Source: Trueperaceae bacterium
Lineage (GTDB): Bacteria; Deinococcota; Deinococci; Deinococcales; Trueperaceae
Reading direction: 5' to 3'
NCBI GenBank assembly: GCA_029210865.1
Contig: JARGGE010000001.1
Span: forward strand, 1 to 26,959
Length of the DNA: 26,959 nt
How positions within the stretch are numbered: position 1 is the stretch's first letter; each line of letters opens with the position of its first letter. Position numbers and translations under genes: made by a program. The notes under the pieces were generated by a model that saw only the letters and a list, made by a program, of their open reading frames with translations, had not been told where the DNA came from and did not search any database. Shown piece by piece: positions 1 to 8,359 of this stretch.

Positions 1-614
1 TGACCCTCGCGTGCCCAGCCGTCGAGGTGGACCATCAGCGGGGCACCCGTCACCGCCTGAGCGCGCGCCGCAGCCCGAAGCGACATCTGCTCGCTCGGCG
101 TGATGGGGCTCGAGGTGCCGATCTCGCCGATGATGCCGGCCCGAACGCCCGTGTCCCCCACGCCGACACGAACGTCGCGGATGAGTTCCTCGGTCAGGTC
201 CTCGAGCGTTCGGCGCAGGAAAGCCTCACCCAGGCTGATCTCGGTGTAGTAGCCGCTCCCCATGATGACGTTCAGGCCCGTCCGTCGAGCGACGCGTCGC
301 AGCGCGGCCGCATCTCGGCCCATGGAGACGTTGGACGCGTCCACGATCGTGCGCCCACCCAACGCGACGAGGGCGTCGAGTTCGGCAACGGCGACGTCGA
401 CGTCTCCCTGGGTCAGGTTGTCGCGAACTAGGAAGGGATCGAAGCGTAGATCGCCGAGCGTCTCGATCGAGACCCGGAACTCAGAACGCGCCACGCGCGT
501 CGCCTCCGAGGGCTCGTTCCAGTAGTCGGAGACGTCGAAGAGGACGTGCTCGTGGACGAGCGTGATCCCGAGCTCGTCGCGCGGGATGGGGCCTAACACG
601 CCGATGGCGTTCAT
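1..614 (-). CDS. Phosphotriesterase-family (PHP/PTER-like) amidohydrolase, copy 2; 3' end runs off the window
   Basis: Not in the ORF track; hand translation from ATG at 614 (ATGA overlap with the upstream stop) gives MNAIGVLGPIPRDELGITLVHEHVLFD...GGRTIVDAS...TGLNVIMGSGYY...RAGIIGEIGTS...LMVHLDGW, with HxH, the GEIG Glu and a beta6 His. Confidence 0.92.
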   Translation of the reverse strand, partial: MNAIGVLGPIPRDELGITLVHEHVLFDVSDYWNEPSEATRVARSEFRVSIETLGDLRFDPFLVRDNLTQGDVDVAVAELDALVALGGRTIVDASNVSMGRDAAALRRVARRTGLNVIMGSGYYTEISLGEAFLRRTLEDLTEELIRDVRVGVGDTGVRAGIIGEIGTSSPITPSEQMSLRAAARAQAVTGAPLMVHLDGWAREG

Positions 615-1639
615 GCGGGCACCGCCAGTATCTGGGCTGGGTTGCTGACGAGCAGCGTATCGATCTGGGCGTCTCCAACGCCGTGGCGCCGAAGCCGCGG
701 GACGAAATGATCGAGGAGGTACGCGTAGCCGTTCCCGCCATGGCGAACGAGCATCATCTTGAGGAACACGTCATGGCTCAGCAGCAGCCGGCGTAGGTGA
801 CCCCGCTCGATGAGACCGACGATGCCACGAGCGCTCTCCTCGTCGCTCGGGGCCTGAAGGTCGTCCGGACCGAAGTAGTAGTCGAGACCGATCATGTCGT
901 ACGCCAGGTACGCGCCGCGATCAGCGAGCGATTGCTGATAATCGACATCCCACCACGAGGGGTTCATGTGGTCCAGGATCGTCCGCTCGATGTCGCCACC
1001 GTTCTCGGCAACGATGTCCAGCACCGCATGACCGTGGCGTCCCCAGGCATGGAGGTGGACGCTGAGCGCCACCCCAGTCTCCGCCTGTGCACGCGCAGAC
1101 GCCGCCAGCACCTTGCGCTCCTGCGGCGTGAAGGCCGGACCCGTGCCGATCTCGCCGATGTAGCCGGCACGCACGCCGGTCTGCTCGTCGCCGTCGACGA
1201 GGTCCGCGATCATGATCGCTGCGAGCTCCGACACCGAGGCGCCGGCGACGTACGGTGGGTGCGTTCGCTCGAGGTAGAAACCGGTACCCATCACCACGTT
1301 GAGCCCTGTCCTGCGCGCGACGCGCTGAAGGGCGTGCGGATCGCGCCCGATGCCGCGACAGGTAGCGTCGACGATCGTACGACCGCCGGCGTCCCGGAAC
1401 CGCGAGGCCTCCTCGACCGCGACGTCCTCGTCGAACAACGAGCAGTTGTCGAGGTTCATGAACGGGTCGTTGCGCAAGGCGTTCAGAAGATCGGGCGTCA
1501 CGGGGCGCAGCGCCAAGGCCTTCCGGGATGCCTCCGTAGGCGATCGCCATGAGGGCCGAGCGTCCAGGAAGAGGTGCTCGTGGGTCAGCGTGATACCCAG
1601 TTCAGCTGGTGGGATCGGCCCGAGGACGCCCTGGATCAT
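611..1639 (-). CDS. Phosphotriesterase-family (PHP/PTER-like) amidohydrolase, copy 1 (342 aa)
   Basis: C-terminal part of ORF 611..2476 from MIQGVLGP. Motifs THEHL, GYIGEIG, SVHLH, LDHM, LSHD form the binuclear-metal ligand set. ATG at 1639 overlaps the permease TGA. Confidence 0.95.
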   Translation of the reverse strand: MIQGVLGPIPPAELGITLTHEHLFLDARPSWRSPTEASRKALALRPVTPDLLNALRNDPFMNLDNCSLFDEDVAVEEASRFRDAGGRTIVDATCRGIGRDPHALQRVARRTGLNVVMGTGFYLERTHPPYVAGASVSELAAIMIADLVDGDEQTGVRAGYIGEIGTGPAFTPQERKVLAASARAQAETGVALSVHLHAWGRHGHAVLDIVAENGGDIERTILDHMNPSWWDVDYQQSLADRGAYLAYDMIGLDYYFGPDDLQAPSDEESARGIVGLIERGHLRRLLLSHDVFLKMMLVRHGGNGYAYLLDHFVPRLRRHGVGDAQIDTLLVSNPAQILAVPA

Positions 1640-2619
1640 CGGGGGCTCCGGCGCTGTCGTGCGAGCACCAAGTTGAACCAGATGGCGGCCAGGATGATCG
1701 CGCCCTCGATGATCTGCTGGTAGAAGGCATCGGTCTGGGCGAGGATCAGTCCGTTGCCGATCATGGCCAGCAGCAACGTGCCCATGACGGTGCCCAGCAT
1801 GCGCCCCTCGCCCCCGAAGAGGTTGGTGCCGCCGACGATGACGGCGGCGATCACCTGCAACTCGAACGCAACGCCCGAGTACGAGGAACCGGATGCGAGG
1901 CGAGCCGACGTCACCATGCCGCCAAGGGCGACCGCCAGGCCGCTGAACATGAAGACGAACAACTTGATGCGCCGCACGTTGACCCCGGCACGCCGCACAC
2001 CCTCCTCGTTGCTGCCGATCCCGGTGACGTAAAGGCCGAAGCGGGTGTGGTTGAGGAGCACATAGCCGACGATGACGACGATGATCGCAAGGATGGCCGG
2101 AACGGGCACGTCCAGGACTCGCCCCCTGCCTAGCCAGAGGAAAGGGCTGTCCGGCGCGACAGGGATCGAGTACCCCTTGGTGATCAACTGTGCCGTTCCC
2201 CTCAATATTGAGAGGGTCGCAAGTGTCACGATGAAGGCAGGGATCGATTGGTAGGCAGTGAAATAGCCGTTGAACCACCCGAGCGCGACGCCGAGGGCCA
2301 GCATCGCCAGTACCATGAGCCAGATCGGCCACCCGACGCTCAAGCTCAGAGCCGAGAGGACGGCGATGACGGCCAGCATCGACCCGACCGAGAGGTCGAT
2401 CCCACCGACGGTGATGACGAAGGTCATCCCGACGGCCACGATCAGGGTCGGGGCCGCCTGACGAACGATGTTCCACAGGTTGGCGCTCGTGACGAAGCGA
2501 TCGGACGTGGCCGCCAACAGAAGGAACACCACGACGAAGATGGCCAGCAGAGTGAGTTGGAAGACGGTGTCGGGGCTGCGAAGGCGCCTTAGGAGGCCGT
2601 CGCGCATGGGCTTCGTCAT
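1636..2619 (-). CDS. Monosaccharide-type (CUT2) ABC transporter permease, RbsC-like
   Basis: GGIDLSVGS motif, IPAFIVTLATL, GSNEEGVRRAGVNV loop, ELQVIAAVIVGG, many TM segments. ATG 2619 follows AGGTGG; GTG 2628 is an alternative start. Confidence 0.93.
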   Translation of the reverse strand: MTKPMRDGLLRRLRSPDTVFQLTLLAIFVVVFLLLAATSDRFVTSANLWNIVRQAAPTLIVAVGMTFVITVGGIDLSVGSMLAVIAVLSALSLSVGWPIWLMVLAMLALGVALGWFNGYFTAYQSIPAFIVTLATLSILRGTAQLITKGYSIPVAPDSPFLWLGRGRVLDVPVPAILAIIVVIVGYVLLNHTRFGLYVTGIGSNEEGVRRAGVNVRRIKLFVFMFSGLAVALGGMVTSARLASGSSYSGVAFELQVIAAVIVGGTNLFGGEGRMLGTVMGTLLLAMIGNGLILAQTDAFYQQIIEGAIILAAIWFNLVLARQRRSPR

Positions 2620-2628
2620 GGTGGCCAC

Positions 2629-3405
2629 CTACGCCTGGACGATGAGCTTGATGACTTCTTCGAGGTCCGTCTCGGACGTGGCTCGCTCCGCTACCTTGCG
2701 CCCTTCGTACATGAACATGATTCGATCGGTCACCTCGAGCACGTCCTGCAAACGATGACTGATGAGGATGACGCCCACGCCCTCACGTTTGAGTCGCCGG
2801 ATCAGCTCCAGGACCTCCTCGACCTCCTTGACGGCAAGGGCCGCCGTGGGCTCGTCGAGGATGAGCACCTTCGGCTCGTACGCCACGCTTCGTCCGATGG
2901 CGATGGCCTGGCGCTGGCCGCCCGAAAGGTTCTTCACTTTGGCGTAGGTCGATGGAACCTTGATCTGGAGGCGCCCCAACACCTCGGCCGCCTGGGCGTG
3001 GAGGCGCCGATAGTCCAGCAAGGGCACGCCCAGGACCCGTCGGACCGGTTCGCGTCCGAGGAAGAGGTTCTGGGCAACGTCGATGGTGTCGCACAAGGAC
3101 AGGTCCTGGTAGACCATCTCGAGACGCTCGCTCCGGGCGTCGGCAGGTGATCGGAAGTGGACCTCGTGGCCGTCGAGTCGGTAGCTACCAGCGTCCGCGA
3201 TGTAAGCGCCGCTGATCACCTTCATCAGTGTCGACTTGCCGGCACCGTTGTCGCCGACGACCCCGAGAACCTCGCCTGGATGCAGCGTCAGATCGACCCC
3301 GCTCAACGCCGTGATGGGACCGAAGCGCTTCTCGATCCCGGAGAGCTCGAGGACCGGTTGCTGGTTCATGCGGGATACCGGTGGGGCGGGTACGACCCGC
3401 CCCAC
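2629..3405 (-). CDS. CUT2 ABC transporter ATP-binding protein, single NBD
   Basis: Walker A GDNGAGKS, signature LSGGQRQ, Walker B LILDEPT, H-loop ISH. Start is GTG 3405 (after AGGAGG) or ATG 3369. Confidence 0.95.
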   Translation of the reverse strand: MGRVVPAPPVSRMNQQPVLELSGIEKRFGPITALSGVDLTLHPGEVLGVVGDNGAGKSTLMKVISGAYIADAGSYRLDGHEVHFRSPADARSERLEMVYQDLSLCDTIDVAQNLFLGREPVRRVLGVPLLDYRRLHAQAAEVLGRLQIKVPSTYAKVKNLSGGQRQAIAIGRSVAYEPKVLILDEPTAALAVKEVEEVLELIRRLKREGVGVILISHRLQDVLEVTDRIMFMYEGRKVAERATSETDLEEVIKLIVQA

Positions 3406-3407
3406 CG
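3379..3407 (-). promoter_or_regulatory. 13-bp perfect stem-loop between the SBP stop and the ATPase start
   Basis: CGGTGGGGCGGGT-(3 nt)-ACCCGCCCCACCG; covers GTG 3405-3403. Confidence 0.7.
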
Positions 3408-3415
3408 AGCCTCCT

Positions 3416-4354
3416 TCACTCGAACAGGTAGCGGAAGTCGTCGACGTTGTCGACGGTAACGATGTCGATGGGGATGAGAATCTCGAGGCCGACCTCGTTG
3501 CCAGCGATCATCTCGAGCGAGGCCCGGACCGCTTCGAAGCCCTCCTGGTAAGGGTTCTGCTGGACGACGGCCTGGACGAAACCCTGCTCGATGCCACGAA
3601 CCGCCTGCGCCGTGAGGTCCCAACCGATGATTCGGACGGTTTCCGTGCGTCCCTGAGATTCCACGGCGGCGATCGAACCGATGAGGGCTGGCTCGCCCGT
3701 CGCGTAGACGATGTCGAGATCGCTCGTGCCGGTCATGAGGTTCTCGGCTGCCGTCAGCGCGATCTCCTGCTGGTTCTGTCCGTCCACGACGTTGACGATC
3801 TCGATGCCATCGACGCCCGTCAGCACCTCGACGAACCCGTCGCGACGCAGGTTCTGGATGAACGAGTTCAGGGCCCCGACGATCCCGACCTTGGCGGTGC
3901 CGCCAAGCTCGTCGTTGATGTACGCCAGCGTGTACTCACCAGCCTGACGGCCGGCCCCGTAGTTGTCGACGCCGATGAAGGTGTTGGCCGGCGGAGAAGC
4001 TACCTGAGCGTCGATTGCGACCACGGGAATGCCGGCGTCTCGAGCGGCCTGTAGCGCCGGCACAATGCCGTTGACGTCGATCGCGACGACGATGATCGCA
4101 TCCTTCTGCTGCGTGATGAAGCTCTCGATGGCACGTACCTGACGGTCCGGATCGTTGTTGGAGTCGACGATCTGGACTTCGGCGCCGAACTGGTTGGCGG
4201 CGTCGAGCGCACCATCGTTGATCTGGTTGAAGAAGAGGGCCTGCAGGTTGATCGTGCTCAGGCCGATCTGCGGCGTACCTTGGGCGAATGCCGCGCCCCC
4301 GACGAGACCGAGGATGGCGACGGCGAAGAGAAGCGTGCGCGCGGTGCGACTCAT
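3416..4354 (-). CDS. Sugar ABC transporter periplasmic substrate-binding protein, RbsB-like (312 aa)
   Basis: GGAGG RBS, Sec signal MSRTARTLLFAVAILGLVGGAAFAQ, and Peripla_BP_4-type motifs (FFNQINDG, DAIIVVAID, IGVDNYGAG, VVQQNPYQEG). Confidence 0.93.
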   Translation of the reverse strand: MSRTARTLLFAVAILGLVGGAAFAQGTPQIGLSTINLQALFFNQINDGALDAANQFGAEVQIVDSNNDPDRQVRAIESFITQQKDAIIVVAIDVNGIVPALQAARDAGIPVVAIDAQVASPPANTFIGVDNYGAGRQAGEYTLAYINDELGGTAKVGIVGALNSFIQNLRRDGFVEVLTGVDGIEIVNVVDGQNQQEIALTAAENLMTGTSDLDIVYATGEPALIGSIAAVESQGRTETVRIIGWDLTAQAVRGIEQGFVQAVVQQNPYQEGFEAVRASLEMIAGNEVGLEILIPIDIVTVDNVDDFRYLFE

Positions 4355-4409
4355 ATGGATCCTCCATGCGTCTGGCGATTCGTGACCTGTTCGGCGTGTC
4401 GTCCAGATG

Positions 4410-5216
4410 TCAGGTCGAGCTTCGGTCAGAAACCACCCCCTTCGAACCCGTTGAATCCTCAACACGCGCCAACCAGCGCACGAGGTTGACCCAGAGGCGC
4501 CCGTAATGCGTCCACTCGACGAAGGCCGGCGGACCCCAATGCGGGCCACAGTCCGACGCGAACGCGGCGGACCTACCACGACCGAACTCGCCGACGGCCA
4601 GGAACACGTCATCGCGAACGCGGGCGACGACCTGGCCGGTGGGGGCCGGGCGCAATTGGTTGTAACCAAGGAACTGAGGCCAGGGTCCTTCGATACCTGC
4701 AAGGACAGGGTGATCCGGCGTGACGACGTGCGGGGTGACGCCCTGCGGCAACTCGACCCTGTCGTCGCCGTCGCACATCTCGACTGGCAGCACGGCGGCG
4801 ATCGACGTTCGCTGGTACCGAGCCTTGCCGTCGATCCCGGAGAACGATAGGTAGCCACCGATCATGGCCAGTCCTCCGCCGCCCAGTACGTAATCACGGA
4901 GCAGGTCGCAACGGTTCGGCTGCGGTCGAGAGTGCACGAAGGTATCGGGTGACAGTAGCAGGGTGTTGCTCCCGATATCGCTCAACAGGACCACGTCGAA
5001 CGACGCGAACTCCTCCATCGACGAGGGGAACTCACGGACCGCCTCGTGGTTCCTCAAGAAGGTCACGGAAGCACCGCCGGCCTCCAAGCCAGCGATCAAC
5101 CACGAAGCGCCCTCCGCGTACTCGCTGGTGGTGAACGAATCGAAACCCTTGACGTGGACCGTGTGGGACATCCAGCTCTCACCGGCAAGGAGGACTCGAA
5201 CTGGCGGCATCGACAT
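4410..5216 (-). CDS. GATase1-like (DUF1355-type) putative glutamine amidotransferase-fold protein
   Basis: VLLAGESW..H.KGFDSF, FDVVLLSDIGSNTLLL, GGGLAMIGGYLSFSGIDGKARY, SDCGPHWGP. ATG 5216 overlaps the gntR TGA. Confidence 0.85.
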   Translation of the reverse strand: MSMPPVRVLLAGESWMSHTVHVKGFDSFTTSEYAEGASWLIAGLEAGGASVTFLRNHEAVREFPSSMEEFASFDVVLLSDIGSNTLLLSPDTFVHSRPQPNRCDLLRDYVLGGGGLAMIGGYLSFSGIDGKARYQRTSIAAVLPVEMCDGDDRVELPQGVTPHVVTPDHPVLAGIEGPWPQFLGYNQLRPAPTGQVVARVRDDVFLAVGEFGRGRSAAFASDCGPHWGPPAFVEWTHYGRLWVNLVRWLARVEDSTGSKGVVSDRSST

Positions 5217-5974
5217 CAAACCCCTCTCGTCTGCTGCACGTAGAACTTGTACTTGTCGGCGCGGTAGCGGATGCAGGCGCTCTCGATCGGTTCGCCGGTC
5301 TGCGAGAACGCGAAGCGGCGCACGCAAAGCAGGGGCGCGCCCTCCGCGATGCCGAGCAGGTTGGCGTCCACCGTTGATGCGACCTCCGCGGAGATGACTT
5401 CCTCGGCCGTCGTGACGAAGACCCCGAAGCGGGCCTCCAGGAGTCGGTAGAGCGAGTCGTCGCCCAGGTCCTCGGCGGATACCGCCAGCCGCGGTAGCGG
5501 CAGATGACTCTGCTGCAACGAGATCGGTTCATCGCCAGCGAAGCGCAGGCGGTCGATGCGTCGAACGAGACGAACGTCGCTGCCGAAGTGCGCTGCGACG
5601 TCCTCCGCAGGAGGTCCGTCCGTGACCTGCAGGAGGCGGCTGCTCGAGCGCAGCCCGCGCCGCCACATGTCCTCGGAGAAGCTCGACAGGCGAGTGGCGT
5701 CGAAGGCGTCCCTGGTGCGTGCGACGAAGGTGCCTTTACCCTGCTGCCGAACGAGGTAACCACCGTTGGCGAGGTCGACGAGCGCCTCGCGAATCGTCGT
5801 CCGGCTCACGTGGTAGCGCGCCGCGATCTCGCGCTCGGTCAGGAATGCTTCTCCCGGTCGATAAGAACCCTCGGTGATCTGCTGCTGGAGCGCGTTCCGG
5901 AGTTGGACGTGCAGCGGTACACCGCTGTTTCGGTCCAGCCGGTCCCACGACGCCTCAATAGCGTAACTTGACAT
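5216..5974 (-). CDS. GntR-family transcriptional regulator, HutC subfamily (wHTH + UTRA)
   Basis: VPLHVQL...FLTEREIAARYHVSRTTIREALVDL...QGKGTFV, then RLSSFSEDM and C-terminal YRADKYKF. Confidence 0.95.
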   Translation of the reverse strand: MSSYAIEASWDRLDRNSGVPLHVQLRNALQQQITEGSYRPGEAFLTEREIAARYHVSRTTIREALVDLANGGYLVRQQGKGTFVARTRDAFDATRLSSFSEDMWRRGLRSSSRLLQVTDGPPAEDVAAHFGSDVRLVRRIDRLRFAGDEPISLQQSHLPLPRLAVSAEDLGDDSLYRLLEARFGVFVTTAEEVISAEVASTVDANLLGIAEGAPLLCVRRFAFSQTGEPIESACIRYRADKYKFYVQQTRGV

Positions 5975-5975
5975 G

Positions 5976-6013
5976 TTGTCATGACAATACGACCGATTCG
6001 CGGACGGGGTCAA
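5976..6013 (-). promoter_or_regulatory. Sigma70-type promoter with an overlapping palindromic operator for the gntR operon
   Basis: -35 TTGACC (6013-6008), 18-nt spacer, -10 TATTGT (5989-5984). Perfect palindrome TTGTCATGACAA at 5976-5987; no SD before ATG 5974. Confidence 0.75.
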
Positions 6014-6051
6014 GCCTGGATGGGCCCAGGTTCGGGGGTGGCGATCCAGTG

Positions 6052-6530
6052 CTAGTCAGAGGTCTGCATGGCAACCTGCAGCCGGACGAACTCGGGGATC
6101 GAACGGCCGTCGCCCATGGGGTAATGGACCGTCCCCCGGAGCACCCTCGATTCGAGGAAGAAGGTCGATCGGCCGGCGGCGGTGTCGCTGGCGCCGGGCT
6201 GGATCATGCCGTAGGCGTGCGCGACCGTCATCGACAGGTCCTCGATGATCGGGAACGGGGTGTCGACGTCGAAGTTCATTGCCATCCTTCGGTCCCACAC
6301 GATGGGCGTGTAGGTGCTATCGATCGACGACCCGAGGTGCTCGCAACCCAGTTTCTGGAACTCCGGATACGCCTTGGTGGACGCGAGATGAACTCCGTGG
6401 TGCACACCGGCGTGAAGTCGGCGGGGTGCGAGAACAGGATCAACCACTTGCTCTCGTAGTCCGACAGCCTGCGCTTCCCATGGGTGGTGTTCGCCGTTGA
6501 AGCCGGGCGCCGGTTCGTTCAGACGCGGTC
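6052..6530 (-). pseudogene. Peroxiredoxin (AhpC/TSA, Prx6-like) remnant
   Basis: Three frame segments: [10 protein letters not shown] / [34 protein letters not shown] / [15 protein letters not shown]...FPIIEDLSMTVAHAYGMIQPG...YPMGDGRSIPEFVRL. Frameshifts at about 6492 and 6385; no start codon; ends early. Confidence 0.85.
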
Positions 6531-7290
6531 CTTCGAATGCTTGGCCCATGCGGCCATCGTAGTCCTCGTCCGCTCGCTCGGAGCGCCGACCAGCGCGAGG
6601 TGCGCGGCCAACGCCGTGCGCGTGGTGGACAGCGCCCAGACGCGCAGGTCGTGTACGTTGCGGACGCCGTCGTGCGCCCCCAGCCAGTCGACCACGGCCT
6701 GACGGTTGACCGCCTAGGGCACACCGTCCGGCTCCAACCGCAACGAATCGCGCAGCGAGCGCCACGCGGTCACCGCGATCAGCAGGCTCACCGCAATGGC
6801 CGCCGCCGGGTCAAGCCAGTTCCAGCCGGTCAGCATGATCGCGACGCCGCGACGACCACCGCCCACGACGCGGTCGCATCGGCGGCCGTGTGCAGGACCG
6901 CGCCCTTGGCGTTCTGGTCGACCTTCTGAGGCCTCACGAACTGCGGCGCCGAGCTGGTGTTCGCGCCAACGCCGGCCAGCGCCGCCAGCAGCACCGCCAG
7001 GGCCGGTATGTCGCCCGGGCTCTGGAACCGGTGCGGGGCTTCCCAGATCACCACCACGGCGCCGATCAGGATCGCTACGGCGTTCAACATGGCGGCGAAG
7101 ATCGTGGCGCGGCCCCAACCGAAAGTGTGCGTCGCGCTCCCCACGCGCGTTGCCAGCACCGCCGCGCTCCAGGCGATCAGGAGGCCGGCCACGTCGGTGA
7201 GGCTGTGCGCGGCATTGGCCAGCAGTGCGAGCGACCCGGTCAGCAGCCCCGCCGTCGCTTCGACGACGACGTAGGCCGTGTTGAGCCTCC
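6519..7290 (-). pseudogene. Cation diffusion facilitator (CzcD/ZitB-like) remnant
   Basis: LNTAYVVVEA...SLALLANAAHSLTD...HTFGWGRATI...GAVLHTAAD; frameshift near 6848; WLDPAAAIAVS; in-frame TAG at 6714-6716; then VHDLRVWALST. N-terminus is missing. Confidence 0.85.
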
Positions 7291-7489
7291 ATCGGTTCCC
7301 CGGCACTCCAACTTCGACCCAAGCGTGAGGGGCAAGGCGCCGACAGGCGGGCTCGCTTGACTTGGGAATCGTGTCCCGTCGATGGCGGGAGTACAGTGCA
7401 CCCGAACGGCATTCGTGCTTCTCCGACCAACGCACGCGACGGTTGACCGCGCCCAAGGGCGAGTGACTGGACCCCGCTTTTTGCTCCAC

Positions 7490-8359
7490 TCACGGTGTAG
7501 GTACCGGCGCCAGCGTAGCTGACGCAGTTCGGTTGAGAACCTCGATCGGGGTGGCGTCCCCGAGCGCACCATGCGGCCGCTCCTCGTTGAACCACCGGCG
7601 CCAACCATCGAGCACGACCTGCGCCTCCCGAACGCTCTGGAACGACTCTTGATCGAGCAGCTCGTCGCGCAAACGAGCGTGGAACGACTCCGCGAACGGG
7701 TTCTGCCACGGCGCGCCCGGCGCGATGAACATCGTCTGCACGCCGGACGCGGCGAGGAACGCCTGGATCGCGTGCGCCACGAACTCCAGACCGTTGTCGC
7801 TCCTGACGTGATTCGGTGGCCCGTACACGACCATCAGGTTCTCCACGGCGTCGATGACGTCCTTCGCCTTGAAGCTCCGACCGGCGCGAAGCGCGAGGCA
7901 GGTCTTCGAGAACTCGTCGGTGACCGTCAAGATCTTCAGCACGCCACCATCGCTGGTGGCGTCGAACAGGAAGTCGATCGCCCAGACGTCGTGCGGCCGT
8001 GTCGCGCGGTAGCGCTCGCTGCCGTCCGTCTGCGGACCCAGACGGCGCCGCTTCGGCCCGCGCGCCGGCACGCCGAGGCTATGCTGGCGCCACAACCTCG
8101 CGACGCGCTTCTTGTTCACCCGCCAGCCCTCCCGACGGAGCTGGACGGTGATCTTGCGGTACCCGAGCCGCGCATGCTGCTCGGAGAGCGCGTGCAGGCG
8201 CCGCACCAACTTCGCGTCCGCCGCCGGACGGGTCGGCCGGTACCGCACCACGCTGCGCGCGATCCCGAGCACCCTGCAGGCCCTGCGTTCGCTGACGCCG
8301 AGCACCCGTGTGACGTGCTTGACGGCCGATCGTTGCCGTTCGGCCGTCAGTACTTTCCC
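7490..8359 (-). CDS. IS3 transposase OrfB (HTH_21 + rve integrase core), reached by -1 frameshift
   Basis: SERRACRVLG, LGYRKITVQL, VNKKRVARLW, DDE residues WAIDF / SDNGLEF / FAESFHARLRDELL. Confidence 0.92.
   Translation of the reverse strand, partial: GKVLTAERQRSAVKHVTRVLGVSERRACRVLGIARSVVRYRPTRPAADAKLVRRLHALSEQHARLGYRKITVQLRREGWRVNKKRVARLWRQHSLGVPARGPKRRRLGPQTDGSERYRATRPHDVWAIDFLFDATSDGGVLKILTVTDEFSKTCLALRAGRSFKAKDVIDAVENLMVVYGPPNHVRSDNGLEFVAHAIQAFLAASGVQTMFIAPGAPWQNPFAESFHARLRDELLDQESFQSVREAQVVLDGWRRWFNEERPHGALGDATPIEVLNRTASATLAPVPTP
8320..8359 (-). promoter_or_regulatory. Programmed -1 ribosomal frameshift signal
   Basis: Slippery heptamer G GGA AAG (8359-8353) in the orfA frame, followed by a 10-bp perfect stem TGACGGCCGA / TCGGCCGTCA (8349-8320). 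Confidence 0.8.

Noticed and set aside
6701-7450. 13-bp direct repeat GACGGTTGACCGC at 6701 and 7438
   Set aside because: One copy is inside the CDF coding remnant and neither marks a boundary; chance matches of this length are plausible in GC-rich DNA.
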